A stretch of DNA of 64,000 nt, from contig CAWAHW010000004.1 of NCBI GenBank assembly GCA_963781885.1, forward strand, positions 1 through 64,000, in the 5' to 3' direction. The notes under the pieces were generated by a model that worked only from the letters and a program-made list of their open reading frames with translations, was not told where the DNA came from and did no database searches. Within the stretch, counting starts at the first letter, position 1. Every line of letters begins with the position of its first letter. Both the position numbers and the translations under genes were made by a program. Source of the stretch: an uncultured Spirochaetota bacterium (GTDB lineage: Bacteria; Spirochaetota; Spirochaetia; SZUA-6; Fen-1364). Below, piece after piece: positions 33,747 through 44,078 of this stretch.

Positions 33747-35129
33747 ATGACGACTCGGTATCGCGAGGTCACCCTCGGTCACATGCTCACCATCGCCTTC
33801 CCCCTGGTCGTCTCCCAGGGATCGGAGACGGTCATGCTCTTCTGCAACCGGTATTTCGTCTCATTTCTCGGATCGGATTTCATCCCCGCCTCCATGAGCG
33901 GCGGTCTCACGCAGTTCGTCTTCACCTCGTTCTTCGGTGGGGTCGTGGGGTACGTGAACGCGCTCGCCGCGCAGTACCACGGGGCGGGTCGGCCCGAGCG
34001 TTGCGTGCAGGCCGTCTCCCAGGGTTTGCTGCTCTCCGTCATTTTCTACCCCTGCCTTCTCGCGCTCATCCCGCTCGTGCATCGCGGTTTCGGCTGGGCA
34101 GGGCACGATCCGCATCTCATCGCCCTCGAGTTCGCCTATTTCCGCATCCTGATGCTCGGGTCGATGCTCTTTCTCCTGCAGGGCGTGCTCGCGGGCTACT
34201 TCATCGGGACGGGAAAGACGCGAACGGTGATGCTCGCCAGCTTTTTCGGCATCTTCGCGAATATTCCCATGACGTGGCTGCTGGTATTCGGGAAGCTTGG
34301 CGTTCCCCGGCTGGGCATCGAGGGGGCGGCCATCGGCACCCTCTGCGGATCGTTCTTCACGGTCGGCATTCTCTTCATCTCCTACCTGCGGAGTCCTCCC
34401 TACCGCGCCCATCACGGTAGCGGCGCGTGGAAGCCCCGACCGGAGCTCCTTGCACGGCTTCTTCGCTATGGCACGCCGGCAGGCGCGGAGACATTCATCA
34501 ATGTCTTCGCATTCAACCTCTTCGTCCTCCTGATGCAGTCCTACAGCCCTTCGGTTGCCGCCGCCGTCACGATCACGTTCAACTATGACCTTGTCGCCTT
34601 CATCCCGATGCTCGGCGTCGGCGCGGCGGTGACGTCGATGGCGGCCCAGCGCATGGGCGCGGGCGACGTCCGGGGAGCGCGCCGCGTTGCATTTCTCGGT
34701 CTGCGCGTGGCGTGGGGGTACGCGGGCGTCATGATGGTCCTCTTTGTCACGGCCGCGCCTTTTCTGGTGAAGATCTTCTCGGGCGGCTTCACCTCCGGTG
34801 ACGAGGCGATCCTCCCGCTTGCGCAGACGCTGCTGCGCCTTGCCGCGCTCTATACCCTCGGGGACGCGACGCAGGTGGTCTTTTCCGGGGCGCTCCGCGG
34901 CGCCGGTGACACCAAGTGGGTGATGATCATTTCCGGCACCCTGCACTGGATCATGGCGACCGGCTCATTCATCTTCATCCGCATCCTCGTCCTGCCGCCG
35001 GTCGCGGTATGGCTGTTCTTCATCGCGTTTGTCGTCTCCATGGGATTCGCGATGTACCTGCGTCACCGCCGCGGCGCCTGGCAGAAGATGCGCCTCGTGG
35101 AGAGCGCGCCGGCACTCCCCCTGGCATGA
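33747..35129 (+). CDS. MATE family efflux transporter
   Basis: About 12 TMs; LGIEGAAIGT, GALRGAGDTK. Confidence 0.92.
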   Translation: MTTRYREVTLGHMLTIAFPLVVSQGSETVMLFCNRYFVSFLGSDFIPASMSGGLTQFVFTSFFGGVVGYVNALAAQYHGAGRPERCVQAVSQGLLLSVIFYPCLLALIPLVHRGFGWAGHDPHLIALEFAYFRILMLGSMLFLLQGVLAGYFIGTGKTRTVMLASFFGIFANIPMTWLLVFGKLGVPRLGIEGAAIGTLCGSFFTVGILFISYLRSPPYRAHHGSGAWKPRPELLARLLRYGTPAGAETFINVFAFNLFVLLMQSYSPSVAAAVTITFNYDLVAFIPMLGVGAAVTSMAAQRMGAGDVRGARRVAFLGLRVAWGYAGVMMVLFVTAAPFLVKIFSGGFTSGDEAILPLAQTLLRLAALYTLGDATQVVFSGALRGAGDTKWVMIISGTLHWIMATGSFIFIRILVLPPVAVWLFFIAFVVSMGFAMYLRHRRGAWQKMRLVESAPALPLA

Positions 35130-35217
35130 GCCGTCCCCTGCCCCGTGTAGGCCCGCGCCGGCATGTCGGTGGCGTCGAAGTATTGTTCGGATTGTGTCAA
35201 TTGGAAAGGATGAGCGG

Positions 35218-37574
35218 TTAATCCGTCTTTGCGCCGCGCGCGGCGTCGATCTGGCCCGCCAGACGCGCCAGGCGCGTGTCACGGTCCGCGACGAATCGGC
35301 GTATGCCCTCAAGGAGCCACGCAGGAGAGAGATGCGCCTCGTCGAGCACCTCATCCACGGAGCCGCCGGTGCGCCAACGGTTGTCCCAGTCCGTGGAAAG
35401 CGCGTATTCCTCCGCGACCTTGTTGAAAAGCCAGTCGTGCATCAGCCAGCGCGCCTGCGTGGTCACAACGGTGGAATCCATCCTGTCGGCGTCGGAGAGC
35501 ACCTGCCGCCGGTAGTCCTCGCCCTGGCGCGCGAAAAGCTGGGGGCTCGTCACGCAGACCAGCTTCACGTTGAGCGCGCGGAGGTCCGCGATGATCCGCA
35601 CAAGACCCGCCACCGCGCTCGTGCCCTGCGCAATGACCACGCCGCCCCGGCGGGCGCGCGGGTCGAAGTCGCGGACGACGTACGCGCCGCGTGCCGCTTC
35701 GAAGTGGGAGGGCATGCCGAGCGCCGCCCTGTCGGGGATGACGATCGGGGGACGCGTGAGGTGCAAGGCGATGATGGGCACGTCGGTCGCAAGGGCCGCT
35801 CCCAGCAGCACCGGCACCTCGTTGTGCTCCCACGGGTAGAGATTGATGACGCGCCCCTCGGGAAAGAGCTGCGTCACCCCCGGTGAGAACACGCCGAAAT
35901 GCGTGCGGCTGTCCTCCGCTGTCTCGGGGCCCGAATGCCCGGCGACATAGATGACCTTGCCGACCTTGAGCTGGCAGTCCTGCGCAAGCTGGCTGAAGAG
36001 ACGCAGCGGACCGTACAGGAGATAGGAGAATGAGCCGTACGTGGAGGTGGCGCCCCAGAAACCGTCGAAAACCTTCTCTGGCTCCGTGGACAAGTTCACG
36101 CTCGCCATGCCGACCATGATGCCGGCGTTCGCAAACTCCGTGATCTCCTGCGTGAGGAGCGCGCCCTCCGGCGAGCCGTGACGGCCGAACCAGCCCCATC
36201 CCTTGAAGCCGTCGCGCCCCCGCGCGAAGCCGGCGATATTCGTGGACTCCGCAAGGTCTGCGGAAGAGGCGATGATCAGCGGCCGGCCGTACTCTTTCTC
36301 TCCGAAGGAATTGATCCATGCGCCCCACTTGGCAAGGGCGGCGCGGTTGGCTGCCGACGTGCCCGGCGCAACGTAGAGGTCCGCGGGATAGTTGCGATAG
36401 TCGAAAAGCCGCGCGTCCGTGAAGGGGTTTCCTTTTGCGCCGAGACGGAAGCCGGGGATGTCGCGCGGCACGCTTTCCCCCAGCTCCACGAGCCTTTCGG
36501 CGAGGTAGTCGACCAGCGCACCGTCGCGGTGCAGCACGTCGATGACGGCCGCGAGGTTCGCAAGGCATTCCTCCCGCACGGCCGCAGGATCTTTGGGCGC
36601 CGCACCCCCGACATTCACGAAATGCGCGCCGTATTTTTCCGCGAACTCGCGGCGCAGCTGCCAGAACTTGTCGTCATTCATCTTGTGCGGCGTCCCGTGC
36701 GACGCGGCGTCATAGGTGAGGTAGCCGCGACCCTTGCGCGTCTTGAACCAGGCAGCGCTGGGAAGCGATTCGGGATTCTCCGCCCGCACCAGCTCCAGGA
36801 GCGTCCGGGTCACGGGACCCCAGGCGCTTCCCTCCTCCGTGCCGACCACGCGCCAGCCGTGACCGCCGAACCAGTCGCGCGGCGTGCCGGGCACGGCGTC
36901 GCTCACCCGGTGCTCGTCGATGCCATAGTCGTTCCAGTCGACCACGTAGTAGAGATTGTCCAGCGCGAGGCCCCAGGCGGAGTTCATCGTCTCGTGGGTG
37001 ACCCCGGGTGTAAGCCCCCCTTCCCCCTCGAAGATGAATACCTTGACGCCTTCCGCGCCGGCCCGTTTCAGCGCCACCGCCTCCCCGGCCGCTGCCGGGC
37101 TGCCATGACCGGAAGGGCCGGTGTTGAACTTCAGGAAGAGGCTCTTCCCTTCCATCTCCGCGTGGCCGGAGAGCCCCTTGTGCCGGCGGAGCATGGCGAG
37201 GTCCTCCCAGGTGAGCGTGCGCGCGGCGCCGCCGGGGACGGCGTACCGTGCATCGCCGGTCTCCCGGTGTTTCACCCGCAGAGCCTCGTTGAAGAGCGCG
37301 AGGGTGGCATAGATCATCGGCACCGTGTGCCCGGCGCCCAGCACGAACCGGTCGCCGAATCGCTTTTCCGGGTCCGGATGTCCCAGCGCATGACGCCGCC
37401 CAGGAGGGTCGCGATGAGGATGTGGAGCTTCGACCGGGAGCCGCCGGGGTGGCCGCTCTGTCGGTAGTTGAGCATGATGTCGAGAAGCTGCTCGATCAGA
37501 TCCTTCGTCTTTTCCCACTGCGGGAAAAGCGGCTCGAGTGACCGACAGCTTGTCTCGACGTCATTCATTTCCAT
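35218..37574 (-). CDS. Transketolase-family TPP enzyme (single chain); one-base deletion near 37373
   Basis: SGHPGGSRSK in ORF 37314..37574 joins DRFVLGAGH, TGPSGHG, GEGG...N, ADLAESTN and EDSRTH in ORF 35218..37518; restoring one C gives WDIRHPEKRFGDRF. TGATG coupling to ald. Confidence 0.85.
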
Positions 37575-38689
37575 CAGTGAAGCAGCTTCTCCAGAGGGCT
37601 GTAGGCGAGGTCAAAACTTTCCGCGACCGCGCGGCAGGTGATGGCTCCGTCGAAGAGATTGATGCCCTTTGCAATGGCCCGGCTGGAGGCAGCGGCCGCT
37701 TCCAGTCCCTTGGACGCAATGGTAAGGCCATACGAATCGGTCATATTTGTCAAGGCTATCGTGGAAGTCTTTGCCACGGCGCCGGGCATGTTCGCGACGC
37801 AGTAGTGCACGATGGAATCCACGATGAATGTCGGCGCGTCGTGCGTCGTGGGGTGCGTGGTCTCCACGCATCCTCCCTGGTCCACCGCGACGTCGACGAT
37901 GACGGAGCCCCTCTTCATGCTCGCCAGGTGCCCCTTGCGCAGGAGGATCGGGGCGCGCGCGCCGGCAACGAGCACCGCGCCGATGATCAGGTCGCTTTCC
38001 TCCGCGAGCTTCGCGATGTTCGCCTCGTTGCTGATGAGCGTCGTCACCTGGCCGCCGAAGAGGTCGTCCACGAACTCCAGCCTCTCGGGATTGAGGTCGA
38101 TCACCGTCGTTGCCGCGCCCAGACCGACGGCGATCTTTGCCGCGTTCAGGCCCACGGTTCCCGCGCCCAGGATGCCGACCCTCCCCTTGTCCACGCCGGG
38201 AACGCCGCCGAGCAGGACCCCGCTTCCGTTCTGGGGATTCTCCAGGCATTTCGCGCCTTCCTGGACGCTGAGACGTCCCGCGATCTGGCTCATCGGTTTG
38301 AGGAGGGGAAGCGTATGATCGTCCGTCTCGATCGTTTCGTAGGCCACCGCGCGCAGCCCACGCTCCCGCAGCGCATCGGTGAGCGTCCGATCCGCGGCCA
38401 GGTGCAGATAGGTGAAGAGGATCTGGCCGGGATGGAAGCAGTCATACTCCGCCGGCTGGGGCTCCTTCACCTTCACGATCATGTCGGAGAGGGCGAAAAT
38501 CTTCCGCGGGTCATCGACGATCGCGGCCCCCGCTCGCGCGTAGTCCGCATCGTCGAAACCCGCGCCGCGACCCGCCCCTTCCTGGATGGCCACGGTATGG
38601 CCGTTCTCCACGTATCGACGAGCCGACGCGGGCGTGAGCCCGACGCGGTACTCGTGACGCTTCACTTCCTTCAGACAGCCTATCCTCAT
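37574..38689 (-). CDS. ald: Alanine dehydrogenase
   Basis: EVKRHEYRVGLTP, VKVKEP, FTYLHLAA, DVAVDQGGC, YCVANMPGAV. Confidence 0.95.
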   Translation of the reverse strand: MRIGCLKEVKRHEYRVGLTPASARRYVENGHTVAIQEGAGRGAGFDDADYARAGAAIVDDPRKIFALSDMIVKVKEPQPAEYDCFHPGQILFTYLHLAADRTLTDALRERGLRAVAYETIETDDHTLPLLKPMSQIAGRLSVQEGAKCLENPQNGSGVLLGGVPGVDKGRVGILGAGTVGLNAAKIAVGLGAATTVIDLNPERLEFVDDLFGGQVTTLISNEANIAKLAEESDLIIGAVLVAGARAPILLRKGHLASMKRGSVIVDVAVDQGGCVETTHPTTHDAPTFIVDSIVHYCVANMPGAVAKTSTIALTNMTDSYGLTIASKGLEAAAASSRAIAKGINLFDGAITCRAVAESFDLAYSPLEKLLH

Positions 38690-38690
38690 C

Positions 38691-39329
38691 TCATCCCCCT
38701 GCCTTTGCGAGCCCCTCATGAAATCCCCTGACGATCAGGAAACCCGTTCGTGCACCCGGGTCCTCGACACCCCGGGATGCGTCCTTGTGGTAGAAACTTT
38801 TTCCGTGGGCGGGCTCCATGCCGCGCGTGGCTTCCATTCCGTCTTTTGCGGCCGTTTCGGCGGCGAGGAGGGCATCCGCAAGGGCGAGCTTGACGGTCCG
38901 GCGAAGCGCCTCGGCCGCGGGAGAAAGCGCGTCCAAGATGGTCTTTTCCCCGAGCTTCGCCTTGCCCCGTTCCATGATCCCCTGGACGAATGCCTCGAAA
39001 AAGGCGGCAAGCGCCGCGACGTCGATGTCCTGCCGACCGGCAACGGCCTTCCCGCCCTTCATGAATCCAGTGGCCACGAGCGTCCCCATGGTGGAGGGGG
39101 CGGCTTTTGCGACGGCCATGCCGACCTTCAGGAAGCACTTTCCGACGTCGGTCTCCGTGGACGCCGCCATCTCCACGTCCGCGGCGTGAAAGGCCTTTGC
39201 CATTGTCAGGCCCAGGTCGCCGTCTCCCATGAGGCTGTCCAGCTCCGTGAGCCGATCCTTGTCGGCATCCACCAGCTCCCGCATCCGGCGAAATACAGCC
39301 GGGAGCTCACGCGCGGCGAATGTTGTCAT
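38691..39329 (-). CDS. dhaL: Dihydroxyacetone-kinase-like subunit L (Dak2)
   Basis: LDSLMGDGDLG, GKAKLGEKTILDAL, DPGA. Confidence 0.88.
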   Translation of the reverse strand: MTTFAARELPAVFRRMRELVDADKDRLTELDSLMGDGDLGLTMAKAFHAADVEMAASTETDVGKCFLKVGMAVAKAAPSTMGTLVATGFMKGGKAVAGRQDIDVAALAAFFEAFVQGIMERGKAKLGEKTILDALSPAAEALRRTVKLALADALLAAETAAKDGMEATRGMEPAHGKSFYHKDASRGVEDPGARTGFLIVRGFHEGLAKAGG

Positions 39330-39338
39330 GAAAGCCTC

Positions 39339-40352
39339 CTACAGCGGAATCTGGCCCTGCTGGAAGAAAGGCGTGCTCGCGGGGCGCGCAAGGAGCTGCC
39401 GGAGCTCGGCGTCCAGCCGCAGGAGGGAGATCGACATGCCCGCCATTTCCATTGACGTGGCGAACTCCCCCGCGTACACGCGGAACACGCCGATACCTTC
39501 CCGCGCCAGGATCTGTCCGATGCGGCGATACGCGATGTACAGCTCCTCCGCCGGCGTCCCACCCAGGCCGTTCACGAGCACGGCGACCTCGTCGCCGCGG
39601 CGGTACGGCAGATCGCCAAGCAACGGCTCCATCATCTCATCCACGATGGCATCCGCCTTCTTCAGCTTGCCCCGTCTCACGCCGGCCTCGCCATGGATGC
39701 CCATGCCGATCTCCATCTCCTCATCGCCGAGTGTGAATGTGGGCTTGCCGACTTCAGGGATGATGCACGGCGAGAGGGCGACGCCCATGGTCCGCACGTT
39801 CGCCGCGGCTTTCTCCGCCACCCGCTTCACCTCTGCGAGCGGGGCAAGCTCGTCCGCCTTTGCCCCGGCGACCTTGTAGACGAAAACGATGCCCGCGACG
39901 CCGCGGCGCTTGTCTTCCTGTCCCTTTGGCGCCGAGGCGACGTCCTCTGCCGCGGCAAGGGACTCCACGTGGATCCCTTCCACGTCGGCCATCTCGGCAG
40001 CCATGTCGAAGTTGATCACGTCGCCGCTGTAGTTGCCGTAGATATAGAGCACGCCGGCGCCGCCATCGATTGCCTTCGTCACGTTCAGCATCTGCTCGGC
40101 GCTCGGGGACTGGAAAACGCCGCCCACGGCGCAGCCGTCCAGCATTCCGTCACCGACGTAGCCGACGAAAAGGGGAAGGTGGCCCGAGCCGCCGCCGGTG
40201 GAGAGCCCCACCTTGCCCTTCCGCGGGGAGCCGGCCTTCACGATGCAGCGCAGGTCGTTTGCAACCGAGACGATCCTTGTGGGATGCGCGGCGATGAGGC
40301 CCTGGATCATCTCATCCACGAAATCCTCCGGCCTGTTCATGAACTTCTTCAT
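39339..40352 (-). CDS. dhaK: Dihydroxyacetone-kinase-like subunit K (Dak1)
   Basis: GGGSGHLPLFVGYVG, NYSGDVINF, RRGVAG, GMGIHGEAG, TSMEMAG. Start ATG 40352 follows GGAGG. Confidence 0.9.
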   Translation of the reverse strand: MKKFMNRPEDFVDEMIQGLIAAHPTRIVSVANDLRCIVKAGSPRKGKVGLSTGGGSGHLPLFVGYVGDGMLDGCAVGGVFQSPSAEQMLNVTKAIDGGAGVLYIYGNYSGDVINFDMAAEMADVEGIHVESLAAAEDVASAPKGQEDKRRGVAGIVFVYKVAGAKADELAPLAEVKRVAEKAAANVRTMGVALSPCIIPEVGKPTFTLGDEEMEIGMGIHGEAGVRRGKLKKADAIVDEMMEPLLGDLPYRRGDEVAVLVNGLGGTPAEELYIAYRRIGQILAREGIGVFRVYAGEFATSMEMAGMSISLLRLDAELRQLLARPASTPFFQQGQIPL

Positions 40353-40366
40353 GGTTCCTCCAATCG

Positions 40367-41224
40367 TCAGAAGCTCTTCAGCCCCGGGCCCGATCGCTGG
40401 GAGATGTGCCAGGGGATGAATTGTCTTTCCAGGAGCCGCACAAGGTAGTACTGGCTCAAACCCAGGAGGGCGAGGACGACGATGACGGCAAACGCAAGGC
40501 TCATGTGGAGCTCGCCCGTCTGGATCTGCAGGTAGTAGCCCAGTCCCGTGTCCCCTCCGATCCACTCCCCGACCGTCGCGCCCACCGTGGCGTTCACCGC
40601 GGCCCAACGGAAACCGACGAATATCTGCGGAAGGGCGGCGGGAAGACGTATTCGCAGGAAGGTGGCCGTCTGGCCCGCGCCGGTCGTACGCGCGAAGAAC
40701 GAGAGCTCCTGGCTCATCGACATGAATCCCAGGATGCAATTGAGCAGGATCGGGAAAAAGCAGACGAGGAACGTGATCAGGATCTTCGGCGTGATGCCGA
40801 AGCCGAACCAGGTGATGAAAAGGGGGGCGAGCGCGATCTTCGGCACGAGCTGGAACGCGACGACGCCGGGATAGAAGGTGCGCTTCATGATGGGCGAAAA
40901 GGCGATCAGCAGGGAAAGCGGGACCCCGATGAGGATCGCCAGGACGAAGCCGCCGTAGCTTTCGTAGGCGGTGACGCCCAGGTAGCCCAGCATGAACGGG
41001 AAGTGGAGCACGAGCTGGACGACGACGGAGACCGGCCCGGGCAGGATGTAGGTCGGGACGCGGAGAATGTCGACCAGTACCTCCCAGAGGACGAAGAAAC
41101 CGAGTATGCCGAATATCGTCACGCGGATGTCGTTGGCCTTCCTCGACCCGCCCCGGTGCGCCGACCGCCCGCCAACATTCCTTTTTCCGCGGAACCCCCC
41201 CGCGGTGCCGGCCCGGTCAGCCAT
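40367..41224 (-). CDS. NitT/TauT-family ABC permease
   Basis: VPKIALAPLF, IRLPAALPQIF, GEWIGG; TAATG overlap with the upstream permease. Confidence 0.9.
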   Translation of the reverse strand: MADRAGTAGGFRGKRNVGGRSAHRGGSRKANDIRVTIFGILGFFVLWEVLVDILRVPTYILPGPVSVVVQLVLHFPFMLGYLGVTAYESYGGFVLAILIGVPLSLLIAFSPIMKRTFYPGVVAFQLVPKIALAPLFITWFGFGITPKILITFLVCFFPILLNCILGFMSMSQELSFFARTTGAGQTATFLRIRLPAALPQIFVGFRWAAVNATVGATVGEWIGGDTGLGYYLQIQTGELHMSLAFAVIVVLALLGLSQYYLVRLLERQFIPWHISQRSGPGLKSF

Positions 41225-42015
41225 TACATGCCCTCCTGGCGCTGCGAGATGTGCCACCGCAGGAGCCGCCCCTCCACGAGGGCGACGAGACCGTACAAGG
41301 CAAGCCCGAGCGCCGTGAGGACGATGATGGAAGCAAGCGCGAGGTCCGTGCGGAACGCCCCCGAGGAAACGGCGATGTAGTAGCCCAGACCCGCGTTCCC
41401 GCCGACCCATTCGGCGATCGTGGCGCCGACGGTGGCGTTGATCGCCGCGCCCTTCAGACCGATGAACACCTGGGGCAGCGCGGCGGGGAACCGGATCTTC
41501 CAGAACGTCCGCAGCGGGCTCGCGCCCGTGGACTGGCTGAAGAACTCCAGGTACTCATTCAGAGAGAGGAAGCCGAAGACGGCGTTGATCAGGATCGGGA
41601 AGAAGCAGACGAGAAAGACGACGACCATCTTCGAGCTGAACTGAAAGCCCAGCCAGACGACGAAAATGGGGGCAAAAGCGATCTTCGGGACCATCTCCAG
41701 CGTCACCGCGGCCGGGTAGAGCGTCTGGCGCATGAAGCGCGAAAAGGCGACGAGGATGGAGAGCGGGATCGCGAGGGCGGCGGAGATCGCGAAGCCCACC
41801 AGCGTTTCCACCGCGGTCGCCAGTGTATGGTGGCCGATGACGCGTATGTTCGTGACAAGCTGCGTGACGACGCTGGAAAACGCGGGAAGGATGTAGCGGG
41901 GTATCTTCAGGACCCGCACCGCCGCCTCCCAGAGGGCGCAGAAAAGGATGACGGCGAGCATGGGGAGCCACGAGCCTTTGACCGACCGCATGAATCGCGA
42001 GTCCATCGTGTGCAT
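41224..42015 (-). CDS. NitT/TauT-family ABC permease
   Basis: VPKIAFAPIF, IRFPAALPQVF, AEWVGG. Confidence 0.9.
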   Translation of the reverse strand: MHTMDSRFMRSVKGSWLPMLAVILFCALWEAAVRVLKIPRYILPAFSSVVTQLVTNIRVIGHHTLATAVETLVGFAISAALAIPLSILVAFSRFMRQTLYPAAVTLEMVPKIAFAPIFVVWLGFQFSSKMVVVFLVCFFPILINAVFGFLSLNEYLEFFSQSTGASPLRTFWKIRFPAALPQVFIGLKGAAINATVGATIAEWVGGNAGLGYYIAVSSGAFRTDLALASIIVLTALGLALYGLVALVEGRLLRWHISQRQEGM

Positions 42016-42026
42016 GTGCGGCGGCC

Positions 42027-42794
42027 TCAGACGACCCCGTACCCCATGAAGACCTCCTTGATCTCGGCTTCATGGCGCGCGAACTTCTCGCTCTTCAGGA
42101 CGGAAAAATCCCGCGGCCGGGGGAGGTCGATGTCGATCGTCCGATCCACCATACCGGGGCGCGGGGTGATGAGCACGACGCGGTCGGAGAGCTGCACGGC
42201 CTCCCCGATGTCGTGCGTGACGAAGACGAGCGTCTTGCGCGTCGAAAGCCAGAGCCGCTCGAGGTCGCGGCGCAGCTGCTCGCGCGTCATGGCATCCAGG
42301 GCGCCCAGCGGCTCATCCATCAGGATCAGCGGGGGATCGTGGATGAGCGCCCGGCAGAAAGCGGTGCGCTGCTGCATGCCCCCGGAAAGCTCGTAGGGAT
42401 GCTTGTGGAGAAAGTCCTTCAGCCCGACCGACGTGAGGAGCTGGACGGCCTTGGCTTCATACGCGGCGCGATCCAGCTTGCGCATCTCGATCTGGAGAAG
42501 CACGTTGCCCAGCACGTCGCGCCAGTCGACCAGCACGGGGCTCTGAAATACGATGCCAATGTTGGTCTGGGGCTCGCGCACCTCCCTGCCCTCGATTGCG
42601 ATGGCGCCCTCCGTAGGCTCGACCAGGCCCGCGATCATCATGAGCAGGGTGCTCTTGCCGCAGCCCGAGGGCCCGAGCAAGGAGACGAACTCCCCCCGCT
42701 TCACCTGGAGACTCAACGGTCCCACCGCGTGCACGGCGTCCTTGCGCGACGCGAACACCTTCTTCACCGCGTCCAACCTGATGGCATCGTCCAA
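42027..42794 (-). CDS. NitT/TauT-family ABC ATP-binding protein
   Basis: GPSGCGKST, LSGGMQQR, MDEPLGALDAMTR. Confidence 0.93.
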   Translation of the reverse strand: MDDAIRLDAVKKVFASRKDAVHAVGPLSLQVKRGEFVSLLGPSGCGKSTLLMMIAGLVEPTEGAIAIEGREVREPQTNIGIVFQSPVLVDWRDVLGNVLLQIEMRKLDRAAYEAKAVQLLTSVGLKDFLHKHPYELSGGMQQRTAFCRALIHDPPLILMDEPLGALDAMTREQLRRDLERLWLSTRKTLVFVTHDIGEAVQLSDRVVLITPRPGMVDRTIDIDLPRPRDFSVLKSEKFARHEAEIKEVFMGYGVV

Positions 42795-42873
42795 AACGTG
42801 GGCTCCTCTTTCCGGCGCGTGAGGGAGGCATCGGCGTCACCTTCGCCTCCGGGAATACGGTTCCTCTGATCGG

Positions 42874-42937
42874 CGGGTGCGGAGGGGATCCGACCGCGCC
42901 GCACCCGAATGCGGCGCGCGGCGGGACCGCCGCGCGC
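42874..42937 (-). other. Two GC-rich hairpins downstream of the binding-protein gene (possible mRNA stability or attenuation element)
   Basis: CGGGTGCGG...CCGCACCCG (42874-42907) and GCGCGCGGCGG-GA-CCGCCGCGCGC (42914-42937). Confidence 0.45.
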
Positions 42938-42947
42938 CCGGAATCTC

Positions 42948-43964
42948 CTATTTCAAGAAGTCGTTCGTGTAGAATTGGGACGCCTGCATGGTCGTCTGGA
43001 GCCCCGAGAACTTCTGCAGGAGGCTCTCCGCGCTTTCCCAATCCTTCGCGACGTTCAGCCCCAGCACCTTGTCGGTGTTGTTGGGAGAGTAAAGGATGGA
43101 CAGGGTCACGTCCAGGACGGTCCGCGCCTGCTTTGCATCGACGGCGGCGCCGCCGGCCCACCGAACGAGGGACTGGATGCACGCATCGGGGTCGGCCTGT
43201 GCCGCCTGGATGGACTGCACCGTGGCCTTCACGAAGCGCCGCACGAGGTCGGGATTGCTCTTCACGAGGTCGGTGTTCGCCACGATGGAGTATCCCGGCT
43301 GGTACACGCCGTAGGAGGAGTACGGGATTTCGACAGGCATCTGGCCGCCCTCGGCCACGATTTGCGCGGGCTTGTCGTCGATGCCGCCGAGCATGGCAGG
43401 CGCAAGACCCTGGAGGTAGCTTGCGACGAGGGCGTTTTCAGAGACGTTCACGAGCTCGATGGAGCTGGGATCGACGCCGGCGTTCTGCGCCGCGACGGCG
43501 AAGAACGTGTTCACGCCGGCGCCCGCCGTCGTGAGGACCTTCTTGCCCACGAGGTCCTTGAATGTCTTGATGCCGGAATCCGGCCGCGCGAGCACGGCGT
43601 CCGTGCCCATCGCGTCGACCTCCATGACGGAGATCACCGGGGCAGCCTGCGCCGCGAGGTTCATCATCGTCGCCGACGAGACGTAGGCGAAGGTGTCTTC
43701 CTTGTTCGCGACGAGCCTCACCGCGTTGCCGGAGCCGTTGCCCTGGCGCACGACGAGGTCGATGCCCTGCGCCGCGTAGAACCCCTTGTCGATGCCCAGG
43801 AAAAAGATGCCGTGGGACCCGTAGAAGAGCCAGTTCGTGCGGAGCGTCACCTTGTCCATGCCCGGTTTCGCGGACTCTTTCGCTCCGTTTGCGAAGACGG
43901 CCCCGACCAGACAAATGCCCAGCACGACCGCGAGCATTGTGACGACCAACCTTTTGCGAATCAT
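42948..43964 (-). CDS. NMT1/THI5/SsuA-like ABC substrate-binding protein
   Basis: Signal peptide ...AVFANGAKE; TLRTNW, GIDKGFY, GNGSG, NPDLVRRFVKA, YTNDFL. Confidence 0.88.
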   Translation of the reverse strand: MIRKRLVVTMLAVVLGICLVGAVFANGAKESAKPGMDKVTLRTNWLFYGSHGIFFLGIDKGFYAAQGIDLVVRQGNGSGNAVRLVANKEDTFAYVSSATMMNLAAQAAPVISVMEVDAMGTDAVLARPDSGIKTFKDLVGKKVLTTAGAGVNTFFAVAAQNAGVDPSSIELVNVSENALVASYLQGLAPAMLGGIDDKPAQIVAEGGQMPVEIPYSSYGVYQPGYSIVANTDLVKSNPDLVRRFVKATVQSIQAAQADPDACIQSLVRWAGGAAVDAKQARTVLDVTLSILYSPNNTDKVLGLNVAKDWESAESLLQKFSGLQTTMQASQFYTNDFLK

Positions 43965-44078
43965 ACGAGACCTCCTCTGCACACCCATTCGACGGGTAGA
44001 AACTCTACCCCCGCCCGGTCACACCTGACGACGAACGATCGGCCGCGGTTTCCGAGCTTCGCCGCGGCCGCTCATCAC

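Noticed and set aside
37365-37380. Programmed frameshifting in the transketolase (also considered at 57265 and 59000)
   Set aside because: No slippery heptamer or evident stimulatory structure; scattered indels across unrelated genes point to sequence error.
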